Assembly: GCA_001774685.1 (NCBI GenBank)
Contig: MFAS01000001.1
Location: forward strand, 801,444 to 865,443
Origin: Candidatus Collierbacteria bacterium RIFOXYD2_FULL_45_13
Lineage (GTDB): Bacteria; Patescibacteriota; Microgenomatia; UBA1400; MFAQ01
Length of the DNA stretch: 64,000 bases
Direction of reading: 5' to 3'
Below, piece by piece: positions 1 through 12,689 of the stretch; position 1 is the first letter of the stretch, and each line of letters begins with the position of its first letter. Both the position numbers and the translations under genes were made by a program. The notes beneath the pieces were generated by a model. That model had not been told where the DNA came from. It did not search any database and saw only the letters and a list, made by a program, of their open reading frames with translations.

Positions 1-377
1 ATCTTATAGCCGGTTCTTTTCTGAAAGAAATCCACTGTCGACAGCTCTTCCGGCTTGACCATCACCATACTCAGAGTTCCTGCTTGTTTGTCCAGATCGA
101 AGGGAATCACTTGATAGCTTTTAGCCAAGTCCACCGACACTAAAGATAGCAACTCCGGACTAATAGAAACCTTATTCTCCGAAAAATAGGGGATATTGAG
201 AACTTTCGCTCTAGCTTGAGACAAATCTTCTTCGCCAACGATCCTTCTTTCCATCAGCAAGTCAGCCAACTTTTTTCCCATCGTCAAGGCCTCAACCCTC
301 AGGCTCTCGGCCTTATCTGCCGCCAACTTGCCGGAAGATATCAAAAAATCCAGCAGAGCCTTCTCTTGATAATCCAT
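1..377 (-). CDS. pilB: Type IV pilus/T2SS assembly ATPase PilB/GspE, N-terminal part (runs off the window start)
   Basis: Manual translation MDYQEKALLDFLISSGKL...EEDLSQARAKVLNIPY...LAKSYQVIPF...KPEELSTVDFFQKRTGYK matches the GspE/PilB N-terminal domain pattern; not in the ORF track because it is truncated. Confidence 0.75.
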   Translation of the reverse strand, partial: MDYQEKALLDFLISSGKLAADKAESLRVEALTMGKKLADLLMERRIVGEEDLSQARAKVLNIPYFSENKVSISPELLSLVSVDLAKSYQVIPFDLDKQAGTLSMVMVKPEELSTVDFFQKRTGYK

Positions 378-403
378 ACCTTAAATATAACAAAAAAGGT
401 TCG

Positions 404-1039
404 TCAATGCGCACTTTTAATGATTCGCCACGAACTGATGAGAAAGTTGTCCATTATCAACTTTTTATTTATATTTGTTTGTTTCAACTCGGCCAGACTG
501 CTAATGGCTAAGTCCAAGATCAACAACCTTTTGGGGGTTATTTCATTCAGGAAACTGGCCTGAAGCTTTCTTATAACTTCTTCCATAACCGGAATGGCTC
601 TTTCTTTCTCCAACTTGTCAACAAAGGCAATGCAGGCGGACGGTCCACTACTCCAACATTTTCTTATCTCATCCCAACTTTCATCCACCGGAGACGAATC
701 TTGGTTTAGATAAATTACAACTCCTCTGGATAAAATGGTTGGTAATAACAAGTTTTCGTTTTCCACCGCCAACACCAAATTCATTTGGTCACCCAACTCT
801 TCCATTGGTTTAAGAAGTACCGCTTGACACTCAGGACTCATCTCCTCCGCATCCCAAATAATTATCGAGTATTTGGGTGAGGAGGTCATGATGTTTATTC
901 CTGAAGATAGCCACGATCTAAGATCGTCCAGTTTCGCCGTCGTACCCTCATAACTCATCACCATACTTTCGACAAGTGACAATTTGGTTAGTAGTTTCTT
1001 TCTTTCGTCAAAGAAACCCACTGCTATTTTTGGTAACAT
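404..1039 (-). CDS. holB: DNA polymerase III delta-prime subunit, shortened
   Basis: IIWDAEEMSPECQAVLLKPMEE and LLPTILSR motifs; start at the second Met, 6 nt after TAGAAT. Confidence 0.75.
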   Translation of the reverse strand: MLPKIAVGFFDERKKLLTKLSLVESMVMSYEGTTAKLDDLRSWLSSGINIMTSSPKYSIIIWDAEEMSPECQAVLLKPMEELGDQMNLVLAVENENLLLPTILSRGVVIYLNQDSSPVDESWDEIRKCWSSGPSACIAFVDKLEKERAIPVMEEVIRKLQASFLNEITPKRLLILDLAISSLAELKQTNINKKLIMDNFLISSWRIIKSAH

Positions 1040-1116
1040 ATACATATTCTAAAGCATGAGTTAAAATGAACCCGCGCGTGCTCCACGAAATGTACAAAGT
1101 AGAATCTTATATATAA

Positions 1117-3111
<1,995 letters not shown>

Positions 3112-3114
3112 CCT

Positions 3115-4050
3115 ATGAAAACCTACGTTTTTGGACACATCAAACCGGACTTGGACTCCGCCGTCGCCGCCCTTTCCTTTGCGGAATACAGAAAACAAAT
3201 GGGGGATGTAGACGTTATTCCCGCCATGAGTGGAGTAGCCAACCCCGAAACGGCATTTGTCTTTAATAAATTCCAGCAATCTCTGCCACAACAAATTACC
3301 TCGGCGGAGATTCTTCCCGATGACCATATCGTTTTAGTTGATCACAACGAAACCGACCAAAGAATCGAAAACCTTAATCAGGAGCAGATTATTGCGATTT
3401 ACGATCACCACACTGTTTACCTCAATCTCACCCATCCAATTGAGATCATTGTTCTGCCTTTGGGTTCCTCAAATACGATAGCTTGGAAATTATTCAAACA
3501 AAATAACTTAGTTATTCCTCAAAACATTGCTGCCCTAATGCTCTGTGCCATTTTGTCTGACACGGTCGGCCTTAAGTCGTCCACCACTACCGAAACAGAT
3601 AAATTAGCCGTCGCAGATTTGTCGGCTGTATCAAACATTTCAGATATAAACAGTCTAACTCTCGACATTTTTAAAGCCAAATCCAATGTCTCCGCTCTTT
3701 CGGATGAACAAGTAGTTTTAAATGATTACAAAATTTTTGACTTCGGCAAAAAAGTCCTCATCGGTCAGCTGGAAACCGTGGAGCAGGATGTACTACTGAG
3801 TAACAGAAAACAGGGACTTATTCAAGCTCTTCAATTAATTAAAGACCGTGAAGGGGTTGACTTTCTAATCCTGGCTGTTACGGATATTCTAAAAGTTAAT
3901 ACCAAGTTATTAGTCAGTGGAGCGGGAGAGATAGACTTGATTCAAAAAGCCTTCGATGGTACCGTTCAAGAAAATATTCTTGACATCGGTCCCAAAATGT
4001 CCCGCAAAAAAGATATTGCTCCCGCGATCGAAAAAGCCTTAATACAATAA
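3115..4050 (+). CDS. ppaC: Mn-dependent inorganic pyrophosphatase (family II, DHH/DHHA2)
   Basis: GHIKPDLDS, LVDHNE, DHH, AILSDT, DYKIF, MSRKKDI motifs. Confidence 0.93.
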   Translation: MKTYVFGHIKPDLDSAVAALSFAEYRKQMGDVDVIPAMSGVANPETAFVFNKFQQSLPQQITSAEILPDDHIVLVDHNETDQRIENLNQEQIIAIYDHHTVYLNLTHPIEIIVLPLGSSNTIAWKLFKQNNLVIPQNIAALMLCAILSDTVGLKSSTTTETDKLAVADLSAVSNISDINSLTLDIFKAKSNVSALSDEQVVLNDYKIFDFGKKVLIGQLETVEQDVLLSNRKQGLIQALQLIKDREGVDFLILAVTDILKVNTKLLVSGAGEIDLIQKAFDGTVQENILDIGPKMSRKKDIAPAIEKALIQ

Positions 4051-4060
4051 ATAAACAACC

Positions 4061-6688
4061 ATGGACGAAAATCAAAACCTAGACCCGGAACAAGAAATCA
4101 CAGCCTCAGTTTCCGTACCGAATGAACAGACACAATGGGGTCTCATCAGAATCACTCCCATTATTGAAGAAATGGAGCGGTCCTATTTGGACTACGCTAT
4201 GTCAGTTATCGTGGCTCGCGCTCTACCAGACGTCCGAGATGGTCTAAAGCCAGTTCACCGTCGTATTCTTTTCGCCATGAAAGAGATGGGGCTCACTCAC
4301 AAAAGCGCTTACAAGAAGTCAGCACGTATCGTGGGAGAAGTTCTGGGAAAATATCATCCTCACGGTGATCAGGCTGTTTATCAGACCATGGTCCGCCTGG
4401 CTCAAACTTTTTCCATGCGTTATCCACTCATTGACGGTCAAGGAAACTTTGGCTCTATTGACGGTGACTCCGCCGCCGCCATGCGTTACACCGAAGCACG
4501 CTTAAGCAAAATTGCGGGTGAAGCTCTTGAAGATATCGACAAGAGAACTGTAGATTTAATCGACAATTTCGATGGTTCTCAGCAAGAGCCCACGGTTTTA
4601 CCGGCCAAGTTGCCCAACCTTCTGCTCATGGGTTCGGACGGTATTGCGGTTGGTATGGCTACTAAGATTCCTCCACACAATCTACTCGAAGTTGTCGACG
4701 CGATCAAAAACTTGATCGACAAAAGCACCGCTACTGTTACCAAACAATACCCGGATGTAGAACTTGTTTCAGCGCCTTACCGTGACCTCATCGGCAATTT
4801 GGAATCCATTGTGGAGATAGAGGAACTTTGTAAACACATCAAGGGACCGGATTTCCCCACTGCCGGCATTATCTACGATACAAACGAAATCAAGAAACTC
4901 TACGCTACCGGCAAGGCAAGCATTATTGTCAGAGGCGTCGCTGAAATTGTCGAAAAGAAGAGTGGCCGTTTCCAGATTCTGATTACCGAACTCCCATATC
5001 AAGTCAATAAGGCTAAACTCATTACCAATATCGCTGAATTAGTCAAAAAGAAAAGACTGGAAGGCATTGCCGATCTCAGAGATGAATCCGACCGTCAGGG
5101 TATGACTGTCGCTATCGATCTCAAAAAGGACGCCAAACCGAAAAGTGTTCTCAACAACCTTTATAAGTTCACAGAGCTTCAAACCAGTTTCCCAGCCAAC
5201 GTCGTGGCTCTGACTTCAGACGGAACTCCTCATCTCTTGAACCTTAAACAAATTTTGATGGAGTACACTGCCCACCGACAGGGGGTGATCGTCCGTCGTA
5301 GTCAATTTGAGCTCAAAACAGCCCAAGACCGCGCCCATATTTTAGAAGGGCTATTGATTGCTCTCAAAAACATCGATGATGTTATTGAGACCATCAAGAA
5401 AAGTCCTGACAGCGAAACCGCCAAAACCAATCTTATGTCCAAGTTTGGATTATCGGAGATCCAATCCATCGCCATTTTGGACATGCAACTCCGAAAACTG
5501 GCCGCCCTCGAAAGACAAAAAATCGAAGCCGAATATCAGGAACTTAAGAAACAAATTGAGAAACTGGTCTCCATTCTCAAAGATCCCAAGCAAGTTCTTC
5601 AAATTATCAAAGATGAGATCACCAAACTGGCTGTCGACTATCCGGAAAAAAGAAAAACCAAGATCGTCGCCAATGCCCCGGGTACTTTCTCCGAAGAAGA
5701 TCTTATACCGGCCGAGGAAACCATTGTCGCTCTTACAAAATCCGGCTACATCAAGCGCATGCCACTCGCTACCTTCAAAACCCAAAAGAGGGGAGGCAAA
5801 GGAGTTTCCGGCATGACCATCAAAGACACCGACGAGATTCATCTGTTAACCAACGCCAACACCCACGATCGGTTATTGGTGTTCTCCAGTAAAGGCAAGG
5901 TATTCTCGCTTAAAGTTTGGGAACTGCCAGAAGGCAGTCGCATCAGCAAGGGTCAGGCCATTATCAATCTCATCAATATCGATACGGATGAAACCATTCA
6001 GTCGATTTTGCCCCTTACTGCACAAATCAACAAAAACGACTGTCTCTTCTTTACCACCAAAAAAGGTATCGTCAAACGAACCGTCCTCAGTAAGTACGAA
6101 AATATTAAAAGCAACGGACTGATCGCTATCAAGCTGACCGATCAAGATAGTCTTGTCTGGGTGAATAAAACATCCGGTAGCGACCACATTCTTCTGGTCA
6201 GCCGCGACGGCAAATCCATTCGCTTCAAAGAAAGTGACGTTCGCCCAACAGACAGAGATACCATGGGTGTTCGCGGCATCCTGCTCAAGGGTGATGACTA
6301 CATAATCTCCATGGAGTCATTTGCTGAAGCCGAACCAGTATCAACCGATAAAAGAATCAAGCTATTTCGAGATCTTCTGGTAGTCACCGAAAAAGGCATG
6401 GGTAAACGGACTCCGATTCCTGAGTACCCGGTCCAGAATCGATCGGGACAGGGGCTCAAGGTTAGCGAAACTGCCGACAAAACCGGAAAAATCGCCGGGG
6501 CTCTACTCGTCGACCAGGATTCGGAAGTTGTTCTTATCACCACGTCCCAAGGCCAGGCCATCAAACTGCCGGTCAGAAACATCCCGAGACTCGGACGCGC
6601 TACCCAAGGTGTTATTCTCATGCGCTTCGCCAAAGAAGGGGACAGTATCGTTGCTGTCACCGTCGTTTCCGAATCCGAAGAAGAGTAA
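4061..6688 (+). CDS. gyrA: DNA gyrase subunit A
   Basis: [30 protein letters not shown], GyrA-box QKRGGKG, C-terminal beta-pinwheel repeats. Confidence 0.97.
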   Translation: MDENQNLDPEQEITASVSVPNEQTQWGLIRITPIIEEMERSYLDYAMSVIVARALPDVRDGLKPVHRRILFAMKEMGLTHKSAYKKSARIVGEVLGKYHPHGDQAVYQTMVRLAQTFSMRYPLIDGQGNFGSIDGDSAAAMRYTEARLSKIAGEALEDIDKRTVDLIDNFDGSQQEPTVLPAKLPNLLLMGSDGIAVGMATKIPPHNLLEVVDAIKNLIDKSTATVTKQYPDVELVSAPYRDLIGNLESIVEIEELCKHIKGPDFPTAGIIYDTNEIKKLYATGKASIIVRGVAEIVEKKSGRFQILITELPYQVNKAKLITNIAELVKKKRLEGIADLRDESDRQGMTVAIDLKKDAKPKSVLNNLYKFTELQTSFPANVVALTSDGTPHLLNLKQILMEYTAHRQGVIVRRSQFELKTAQDRAHILEGLLIALKNIDDVIETIKKSPDSETAKTNLMSKFGLSEIQSIAILDMQLRKLAALERQKIEAEYQELKKQIEKLVSILKDPKQVLQIIKDEITKLAVDYPEKRKTKIVANAPGTFSEEDLIPAEETIVALTKSGYIKRMPLATFKTQKRGGKGVSGMTIKDTDEIHLLTNANTHDRLLVFSSKGKVFSLKVWELPEGSRISKGQAIINLINIDTDETIQSILPLTAQINKNDCLFFTTKKGIVKRTVLSKYENIKSNGLIAIKLTDQDSLVWVNKTSGSDHILLVSRDGKSIRFKESDVRPTDRDTMGVRGILLKGDDYIISMESFAEAEPVSTDKRIKLFRDLLVVTEKGMGKRTPIPEYPVQNRSGQGLKVSETADKTGKIAGALLVDQDSEVVLITTSQGQAIKLPVRNIPRLGRATQGVILMRFAKEGDSIVAVTVVSESEEE

Positions 6689-6694
6689 CAGCAG

Positions 6695-7207
6695 ATGAAT
6701 ATCAAAGAGTACGAGTCAACTCTCGGAGAGCCTCTGAGACAAGCCACTATCACCTTTTTGTTGACCGAAAAACAGATTTTATTAGCCCTCAAAAAGAGGG
6801 GATTTGGTCAGGGAAAGTGGAACGGTACCGGGGGCAAACCCAAAGAGGCGGAGGATGTTTTGTCCGCCGCTATCAGAGAAACACAAGAAGAGGTTAACGT
6901 CACTCCGGAGAAATTAGAGTTGGTGGCGATCATCAATTTCTATTTTCCCTTTGTGCCCAAGGATAAAAACTGGAACCAACAAGTCTGTGTTTATCTTTCA
7001 AGGAAGTGGCAGGGTACACCACAAGAAACGGAAGAAATGAAACCCGCCTGGTTTCCCCTTGATAACATTCCCTACTCGGAAATGTGGTGGGATGACGAAA
7101 TTTGGTTGCCTTTGGTGCTATCCGGGAAAAAAATATTGGCAGGATTTATGTTTGACGAAAACGAAAAAATTATCGACCAAGTAGTTGAAGAACGAGAAAA
7201 TTTTTGA
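6695..7207 (+). CDS. NUDIX hydrolase, MTH1/8-oxo-dGTPase-like
   Basis: KKRGFGQGKWNGTGGK...AAIRETQEE Nudix box; ETEEMKPAWF, MWWDDEIW. Confidence 0.85.
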   Translation: MNIKEYESTLGEPLRQATITFLLTEKQILLALKKRGFGQGKWNGTGGKPKEAEDVLSAAIRETQEEVNVTPEKLELVAIINFYFPFVPKDKNWNQQVCVYLSRKWQGTPQETEEMKPAWFPLDNIPYSEMWWDDEIWLPLVLSGKKILAGFMFDENEKIIDQVVEERENF

Positions 7208-7323
7208 GGGGTTGAGTATACTTGCGAAATCCCGAGTATTTCGAGGGGCAAAGACCAATATAAATTGTAACAGAAAAAAAGATAGGCCTTGTTTTTGTGG
7301 ATATCACCATCCATTATTACTTC

Positions 7324-8997
7324 ATGAAATATATTTTTGTTTCCGGTGGAGTGGTTAGTGGTTTAGGGAAGGGGATTACTTCAGCCAGCATTGGTCTCTT
7401 GCTAAAAAATCTCGGCGTTTCGGTTACCAATGTCAAGATCGATATGTATCTCAATGTAGACGCCGGTACCATCCGCCCACAAGAACACGGTGAGGTTTTT
7501 GTCACAGAAGACGGTGTGGAAACAGACCAGGATTTAGGTAATTATGAGCGTTTTACCGGGGAATCCTTACTACGAGATAATTACCTCACTACGGGCCAAA
7601 TATATAAAACGGTCATCGATCGAGAAAGAGCGTTTGGCTATGAGGGAGAAGATGTCGAAGCCGTTCCCCACGTAACTGACGAAATTCTCCGCCGACTGGA
7701 AAGTGCCGGTAAAAACACGCACGCTAAAGTGGTCATTGTCGAACTCGGGGGAACAGTAGGAGAGTATCAAAACGGCATCTTCTTCGAAGCAAGCCGAATT
7801 CTTAAACTCCGTCAACCAAAAGACGTTGTGCAAATTCACGTTACTTATTTACCCTTTCTCAAAAACATAGGTGAGCTCAAAAGCAAACCTGCCCAGCAAT
7901 CCACCCACCTCTTAAACGCCATGGGGATTCAGCCTGACTTCTTGGTGGCCAGAAGTGAAAAAGAAATCGACCAAAAACGAAAGGAAAAATTGGCTATATT
8001 TTGTAACCTACAAGACGCAGACATTATTGGCGCTCCAGACCTTGAAAGTGTTTATGACGTACCTGAATATATGGCTAAACAAAGCTTTGGGGAAAAAATA
8101 GCCAAGAAACTTAAAATAAGAATCAAAAAAGACCATCTATTATCCGCTTGGAAAAAATTCAGCCTTCTTAGTCACCGAACAAAACAGGAGGTCAAAATCG
8201 CCATGGTCGGCAAGTACTTCACCACTGGTGATTACAAACTTTCAGATTCCTATATCTCCGTCATTGAAGCAATTAAGCAAGCTTCCTGGACTCAGGGAGT
8301 CAAGCCGATTCTAGACTGGATCGACAGTGAAGACATGGAAAATAAAATCATTGATTTAGGCATCTATCACGGAATTATTGTCCCTCAAGGATGGGGGGGT
8401 AGGGGTACCGAAGGGAAACTTCTCGCAGTTAGGCAAGCCAGAGAGAAAAGGATTCCATACTTAGGGCTTTGCTTTGGTATGCAAATGGCTGTTATCGAGT
8501 TTGCCCGCAACGTCGCAAATCTCAAAGGAGCAAACTCTACCGAAGCCGATTCGCAAACTGCACACCCAGTCATCCATGTTATGCCTGAACAAGCCGAGTA
8601 TCTGGCCAAAAAACAGTATGGTGGGACCATTCGACTTGGCTCGTGGCCAGCCGTTCTAAAAAATGGATCTACGATCAAAGTCGCTTACAAAAAATATACA
8701 ACGGACAAATCTTCACCGTGGCTCAAAGGAAAAGATTTCCAAAACAAATCTACCATCTACGAAAGGCATCGCCACCGCTACGAGTTTAATAATGAGTATC
8801 GAGAACAGCTGGAAAAAACTGGGCTGATTATTAGCGGGCTTTCTCCCGATGGACAGCTGGTAGAGTCCATTGAGCTTTCCAACCACCCTTTCTTTGTCGG
8901 CACTCAATTCCACCCGGAATACATCGCCCGCCCTCTCACCCCACATCCATTATTTCTCGCCTTCATCTCCGCCTGCAGGCACAAGAAAACCCCATAA
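7324..8997 (+). CDS. pyrG: CTP synthase
   Basis: MKYIFVSGGVVSGLGKG, GLCFGMQ, ERHRHRYE, QFHPE; start reassigned to ATG 7324. Confidence 0.97.
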   Translation: MKYIFVSGGVVSGLGKGITSASIGLLLKNLGVSVTNVKIDMYLNVDAGTIRPQEHGEVFVTEDGVETDQDLGNYERFTGESLLRDNYLTTGQIYKTVIDRERAFGYEGEDVEAVPHVTDEILRRLESAGKNTHAKVVIVELGGTVGEYQNGIFFEASRILKLRQPKDVVQIHVTYLPFLKNIGELKSKPAQQSTHLLNAMGIQPDFLVARSEKEIDQKRKEKLAIFCNLQDADIIGAPDLESVYDVPEYMAKQSFGEKIAKKLKIRIKKDHLLSAWKKFSLLSHRTKQEVKIAMVGKYFTTGDYKLSDSYISVIEAIKQASWTQGVKPILDWIDSEDMENKIIDLGIYHGIIVPQGWGGRGTEGKLLAVRQAREKRIPYLGLCFGMQMAVIEFARNVANLKGANSTEADSQTAHPVIHVMPEQAEYLAKKQYGGTIRLGSWPAVLKNGSTIKVAYKKYTTDKSSPWLKGKDFQNKSTIYERHRHRYEFNNEYREQLEKTGLIISGLSPDGQLVESIELSNHPFFVGTQFHPEYIARPLTPHPLFLAFISACRHKKTP

Positions 8998-8999
8998 CA

Positions 9000-9055
9000 T
9001 TGACAAGACGACCCTGAGGGGATAAAATTCCCCAAAATCTATTTTGGAGGTTACC
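9000..9055 (+). promoter_or_regulatory. sigma70 promoter and SD of accessory unit
   Basis: TTGACA 9000-9005, 17 nt, TAAAAT 9023-9028; GGAGG 9046-9050. Confidence 0.75.
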
Positions 9056-9310
9056 TTGACAAATATTGTATTGTGGATCGTCGTTGCCGGATTTGTCTGG
9101 ATCGAATGGAATCACCGTGCCAAAAAGGATGGCAAGCGAGAAGCCACAAAGGCCATGCTCTTTGCCGGATGTGTCTTTTTGGTTGGAGTTGTCGCCATGC
9201 ACTATGGTGGAGTAGTGGGCTTGTTAATCTTGAGCTCCTTTTTACTCCTCACTCTCATTGGTCTTTTCATCTACCGTAATCGTCAATTCAGAAGCAACAC
9301 TCCTGAATGA
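9056..9310 (+). CDS. Small hypothetical membrane protein (about 3 TM)
   Basis: TTG start 5 nt after GGAGG; hydrophobic ORF followed by terminator. Confidence 0.7.
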   Translation: MTNIVLWIVVAGFVWIEWNHRAKKDGKREATKAMLFAGCVFLVGVVAMHYGGVVGLLILSSFLLLTLIGLFIYRNRQFRSNTPE

Positions 9311-9321
9311 TTTCTACCTCG

Positions 9322-9381
9322 AAATCCACCCATATGGGTGGATTTTTTTGCCCAAAAAAACTCCGGCCCAAAGACCGGAGA
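9322..9381. terminator. Back-to-back terminators for two convergent accessory genes
   Basis: AAATCCACCC-ATAT-GGGTGGATTTTTTT, then AAAAAAA-CTCCGG-CCCAAAGA-CCGGAG. Confidence 0.75.
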
Positions 9382-9387
9382 GGTGAA

Positions 9388-9666
9388 TTAATCGATCTGC
9401 TCTACCACAACAGCAACCAAGAGCAAAGCCCACAGACAGGCTGCGTTTAGGGTCATATATATAGCGGCGGCTACAGCTAAACTGCATAGACAGGCTACAA
9501 ACCCAGCCGGCAGTTTGTTGTTGCAACCACGAACATTCTGGACCACAACAGCTACTGCAAGCAAGCCCCAAAGCGAACCGGCCGTTTGGGTAAAATAGAG
9601 TGCCACTCCGACAGCGGCCAAACCGCCCAAAACAGCCAAGACGTATCCCAATTCAGACTTAAACAT
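9388..9666 (-). CDS. Small membrane protein with internal duplication
   Basis: GGAGG then ATG (MFKSELG); two related halves ALYFTQTAGSLWGLLAVAVVV and AIYMTLNAACLWALLLVAVVV. Confidence 0.75.
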   Translation of the reverse strand: MFKSELGYVLAVLGGLAAVGVALYFTQTAGSLWGLLAVAVVVQNVRGCNNKLPAGFVACLCSLAVAAAIYMTLNAACLWALLLVAVVVEQID

Positions 9667-9736
9667 ATTGCCTCCAGCGGGGAAAAATTGTAAATTACAA
9701 ATCCTATAATACCACAACCGCCCTCATAGTCAAGCC

Positions 9737-10684
9737 CTATTTCAAGAATTTATCATGGATTTGCTTCAGTTGGGGATTGGTCACGTGAGTATAGATTTGG
9801 GTCGTTGCTACGTTTTTGTGACCCAACATTTCTTGCACGCTGCGCAGGTCCGCTCCTTGCTGGAGTAGGGTAGTGGCAAAGCTATGGCGAAGCACGTGTG
9901 GGCTCACCTTAATCGGCAAACCCGCTGATCGCCGATATTTCTCCACAATTCTCTGGATCCCTCTTATCGACAGCCTGGCCTTCTCATTGCCCATAGTTGG
10001 ATCCCAGTCACCGCTTTTGGGAACCCGCACCCACAAAGCTCTAAATGGATCTGTCCGGGCCGATAGATATCGACCCAACCATTGAGTGGCCCTCTCCGAC
10101 AAGAAAACCAGTCTCATTCTTCGACCCTTCCCCAAGATCCCGAACTCTCTCTCCTTCAAATCAATTTTATCAATATCCAGCTTGGCGAGTTCCGAAACAC
10201 GCAACCCTGTACTAAACAGCACTTCCAAAATAGTTCTATCACGCAGACCGCTGATATTTGAAGTATCCGGAGCCACGAGAAGTCTCTCCACCTGCTCCCG
10301 ATCTAGAAATTTTATTTGATGTTCTCCCGGCTTCGGTAGGTCCACTTTTTCCGCCGATAAAGTTTTTACCCCTTTTTTTGCGCAATATTTCAAAAACGCT
10401 CTCAGAGCGATGACGTAATAACTCTGCGTGGTAGGGGAGAGTCTCTTACCCTCTTTTGTCTCATATCTGGCCAAAAACAATCGATATTTACGAACCATCT
10501 CGCTAGTTAGTTTTTCTATATATTCCTGCTCGTAATGCTTCTCGAACCATTTGCGGAACATTCCCAGATAGTGAGAGTAGTTCCGTATCGTGAACTTGGA
10601 GTAGTTTTTCTCTACCTCAATAAAGCTCAGATATCGCTTAATCAAGATTCTAAGCCCTAAATCGTTTACCGGTTTTTTAACCAC
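9737..10684 (-). CDS. XerC/XerD-family tyrosine recombinase
   Basis: N-terminal SAM-like domain; catalytic set GLRVSEL, GKG, HVLRHSFAT, LGH...TTQIYTHV. Confidence 0.92.
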   Translation of the reverse strand: MVKKPVNDLGLRILIKRYLSFIEVEKNYSKFTIRNYSHYLGMFRKWFEKHYEQEYIEKLTSEMVRKYRLFLARYETKEGKRLSPTTQSYYVIALRAFLKYCAKKGVKTLSAEKVDLPKPGEHQIKFLDREQVERLLVAPDTSNISGLRDRTILEVLFSTGLRVSELAKLDIDKIDLKEREFGILGKGRRMRLVFLSERATQWLGRYLSARTDPFRALWVRVPKSGDWDPTMGNEKARLSIRGIQRIVEKYRRSAGLPIKVSPHVLRHSFATTLLQQGADLRSVQEMLGHKNVATTQIYTHVTNPQLKQIHDKFLK

Positions 10685-10700
10685 AATCCATCATACCAAA

Positions 10701-10714
10701 TTATTGTGCGACAC
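10701..10714. promoter_or_regulatory. dif-like half-site in the xer promoter
   Basis: TTATTGTGCGAC 10701-10712 is identical to 17428-17439 and lies just upstream of the xer -10 box (TATGAT on the minus strand, 10690-10695). Confidence 0.55.
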
Positions 10715-10743
10715 CGATTCGGGCAGGGGAATATCCCATAGCC

Positions 10744-10815
10744 TTGACAGGCCGCAAAACCTAACTATAATATATCAAAGCTCTTTGATTCCATATGCTA
10801 TTTAGGAGGTAGAAC
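10744..10815 (+). promoter_or_regulatory. Promoter, boxA-like motif and SD
   Basis: TTGACA 10744, TATAAT 10766, GCTCTTTGA 10780-10788, AGGAGG 10804-10809. Confidence 0.75.
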
Positions 10816-11313
10816 ATGAAACTCGAGCACGAACATGGTCAAGGTCTGGTCGAATACGCTTTGATCTTAGTGTTGGTTGGCATTTCCGTCATTGTCATTC
10901 TCCAGTTTCTTGGTCCCGTAGTTTCCGCAGCTCTGGCTGGTGACCAAACAAGCATCATCTGGCTGGTAATCGGTGGTGGTGTAATCACCCTGATTCTTGG
11001 TGCAGCCTACTACGTGCTCGCCAGATTCGAAAAGTTCTCCGATTCGTACCAAGACGAAGGCAAGGAAAAGACAACCGATAAGACCGAAAAAGGACAAGGT
11101 CTGGCAGAATTTGCCCTCATCGTCCTCCTGGCAGCTATTGTCATCATGGCTGTGTCCATGTGGTATGAGCCAATTGTCACCCTCTTGCTATCCCTGCCCG
11201 TCACTTGGGGCACTGTCATAGGAATCATACTGGTTGGTGGTCTAATATTGGTAGGTCTCGGAGTCGCCATTAACCGTCTATGGAATAAAATCGACAAATA
11301 CCCTTACGAATAA
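10816..11313 (+). CDS. Tandem double Flp/type IVb prepilin-like protein
   Basis: Two class III signal motifs, GQGLVEYALIL and GQGLAEFALIV, each followed by two hydrophobic segments. Confidence 0.75.
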   Translation: MKLEHEHGQGLVEYALILVLVGISVIVILQFLGPVVSAALAGDQTSIIWLVIGGGVITLILGAAYYVLARFEKFSDSYQDEGKEKTTDKTEKGQGLAEFALIVLLAAIVIMAVSMWYEPIVTLLLSLPVTWGTVIGIILVGGLILVGLGVAINRLWNKIDKYPYE

Positions 11314-11324
11314 TTCCCTCAAAT

Positions 11325-11350
11325 AAACCCTCTCACACGAGAGGGTTTTT
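11325..11350. terminator. Hairpin terminator
   Basis: AAACCCTCTC-ACAC-GAGAGGGTTTTT. Confidence 0.7.
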
Positions 11351-12187
11351 AATTATTCCATTGTATGGTTGTTCCGGAGTAATCTTCTTTTGCTCTTCCG
11401 TCAGACCGCAAGGAACTCGATCAACAACGACGACTTCTTTAATTTTCGTCGCCACGGTAAGCCTCCACACAATATTCCTGAGCTGCATTCGATAATATTC
11501 ATCTGCATTTCCTTCCTGAACCCAAGAGCCTCCAGTGCCCCAACAGGCAATTACCAGAAGGCTAGTCGCCGACGGAGGAATTAGTTGTACATCTCTCCCT
11601 GTCAAACGTTGTCTGTTAGACAGCTCCAAGGTTCTATCAAAGAAGTCGTTCTTGGGATATGCAAACATCGCCGCCGTCGGTAAATCCGCGCAAATTAAGA
11701 TTGCAGTCTTGGTCCCCGGTAGTAATAGGGATCTCTCATCAGCCACCAGGTCAAAACTGTTATTTTCTTCTATGGATGCTCCTGATCTTTTGTTTGTTAC
11801 ATCCACAATTTTCCCGCCTTTAATTAATAGCGCACTATTTCTTGGCCTGCCAGAATCTACAAATAGGGGAGTGCCAATAACAAATAGGGTCTTGATTCTC
11901 GTGGCCGAAAACTCCAACATTTCATCCAACCGCTCATTGATCAAGTTGCGGTTTGTTACTAAATCAGTAAAGGCATCACCTGCACAAGTAATTAGCTCCG
12001 GTCCGGCCACGATAGGAGTATCGGGTGACACAAAGTCAATCATTCTCCGGAACTCCTCCCAAGTATTTGCCGACACTCCGACAATTTCCGTTCTATCCAT
12101 CAGAGAATACCGGTGAATTCCGATCTCGCGGTAATATGTCTCCTGAAGCGAAAGGGGAGACAATCTCCCCTCCGGATAGATACTCAT
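11333..12187 (-). CDS. Divergent carbon-nitrogen hydrolase (nitrilase fold)
   Basis: E-K-C triad contexts GPEL, RNSALL...NKR, AILICAD. Confidence 0.6.
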   Translation of the reverse strand: MSIYPEGRLSPLSLQETYYREIGIHRYSLMDRTEIVGVSANTWEEFRRMIDFVSPDTPIVAGPELITCAGDAFTDLVTNRNLINERLDEMLEFSATRIKTLFVIGTPLFVDSGRPRNSALLIKGGKIVDVTNKRSGASIEENNSFDLVADERSLLLPGTKTAILICADLPTAAMFAYPKNDFFDRTLELSNRQRLTGRDVQLIPPSATSLLVIACWGTGGSWVQEGNADEYYRMQLRNIVWRLTVATKIKEVVVVDRVPCGLTEEQKKITPEQPYNGIIKNPLV

Positions 12188-12255
12188 CCGGTAAGTATAT
12201 CAAACCACATCACATACCACTACCCAAAAGCTGGTTTGTTGTCTAAAATAGACAC

Positions 12256-12543
12256 ATGTCCGAACTCGATCCAATCATTATCAACATTCCCTGTCCCACC
12301 AAAGAAGAGGGGATTAGGCTTTGTACAGAAATGCTCAAACAGGAGCTCTGTGGTACAACCAAGATCCAAGAAGGTGTTCATCTCATGTACGTCGAGGAAG
12401 GTGTTCAAGGATCAGACATTGTTCTTCTTAGTATAAAAACTACCAAAATAAATCTTGAAAAAATTCACGAATTTATCCTCAAAAATCACAGCTGGGGTAC
12501 ACCCTGCATCGAAGTTCTTCCCATGATGGTAGATATGTGCTAA
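12256..12543 (+). CDS. cutA: CutA-like divalent cation tolerance protein
   Basis: Length and pattern CPTKEEG...LLSIKT...NHSWGTPCI. Confidence 0.65.
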   Translation: MSELDPIIINIPCPTKEEGIRLCTEMLKQELCGTTKIQEGVHLMYVEEGVQGSDIVLLSIKTTKINLEKIHEFILKNHSWGTPCIEVLPMMVDMC

Positions 12544-12689
12544 CAAATTGATGATGAAATAAAATGTTCATAGATAGTATATTCCCTCTGTCATCATCCA
12601 TATTTAGCATACGTATATCAAATCAAATCTCTAGAATATTTATCCTTTCCCCCCTTCACGTAAGTTTTTTACATTGCTACAATATATAA

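Noticed and set aside
7208-7250. Two degenerate GAG..CGA mini-hairpins upstream of pyrG as an attenuator
   Set aside because: No terminator follows and pyrG appears to have its own proximal promoter; at most repeat remnants.
9737-10684. Integron integrase or prophage integrase driving the cassettes
   Set aside because: No IntI-specific insertion or attC-type GTTRRRY ends recognised and no phage genes; the sequence fits a chromosomal Xer. A role in cassette movement is unproven.
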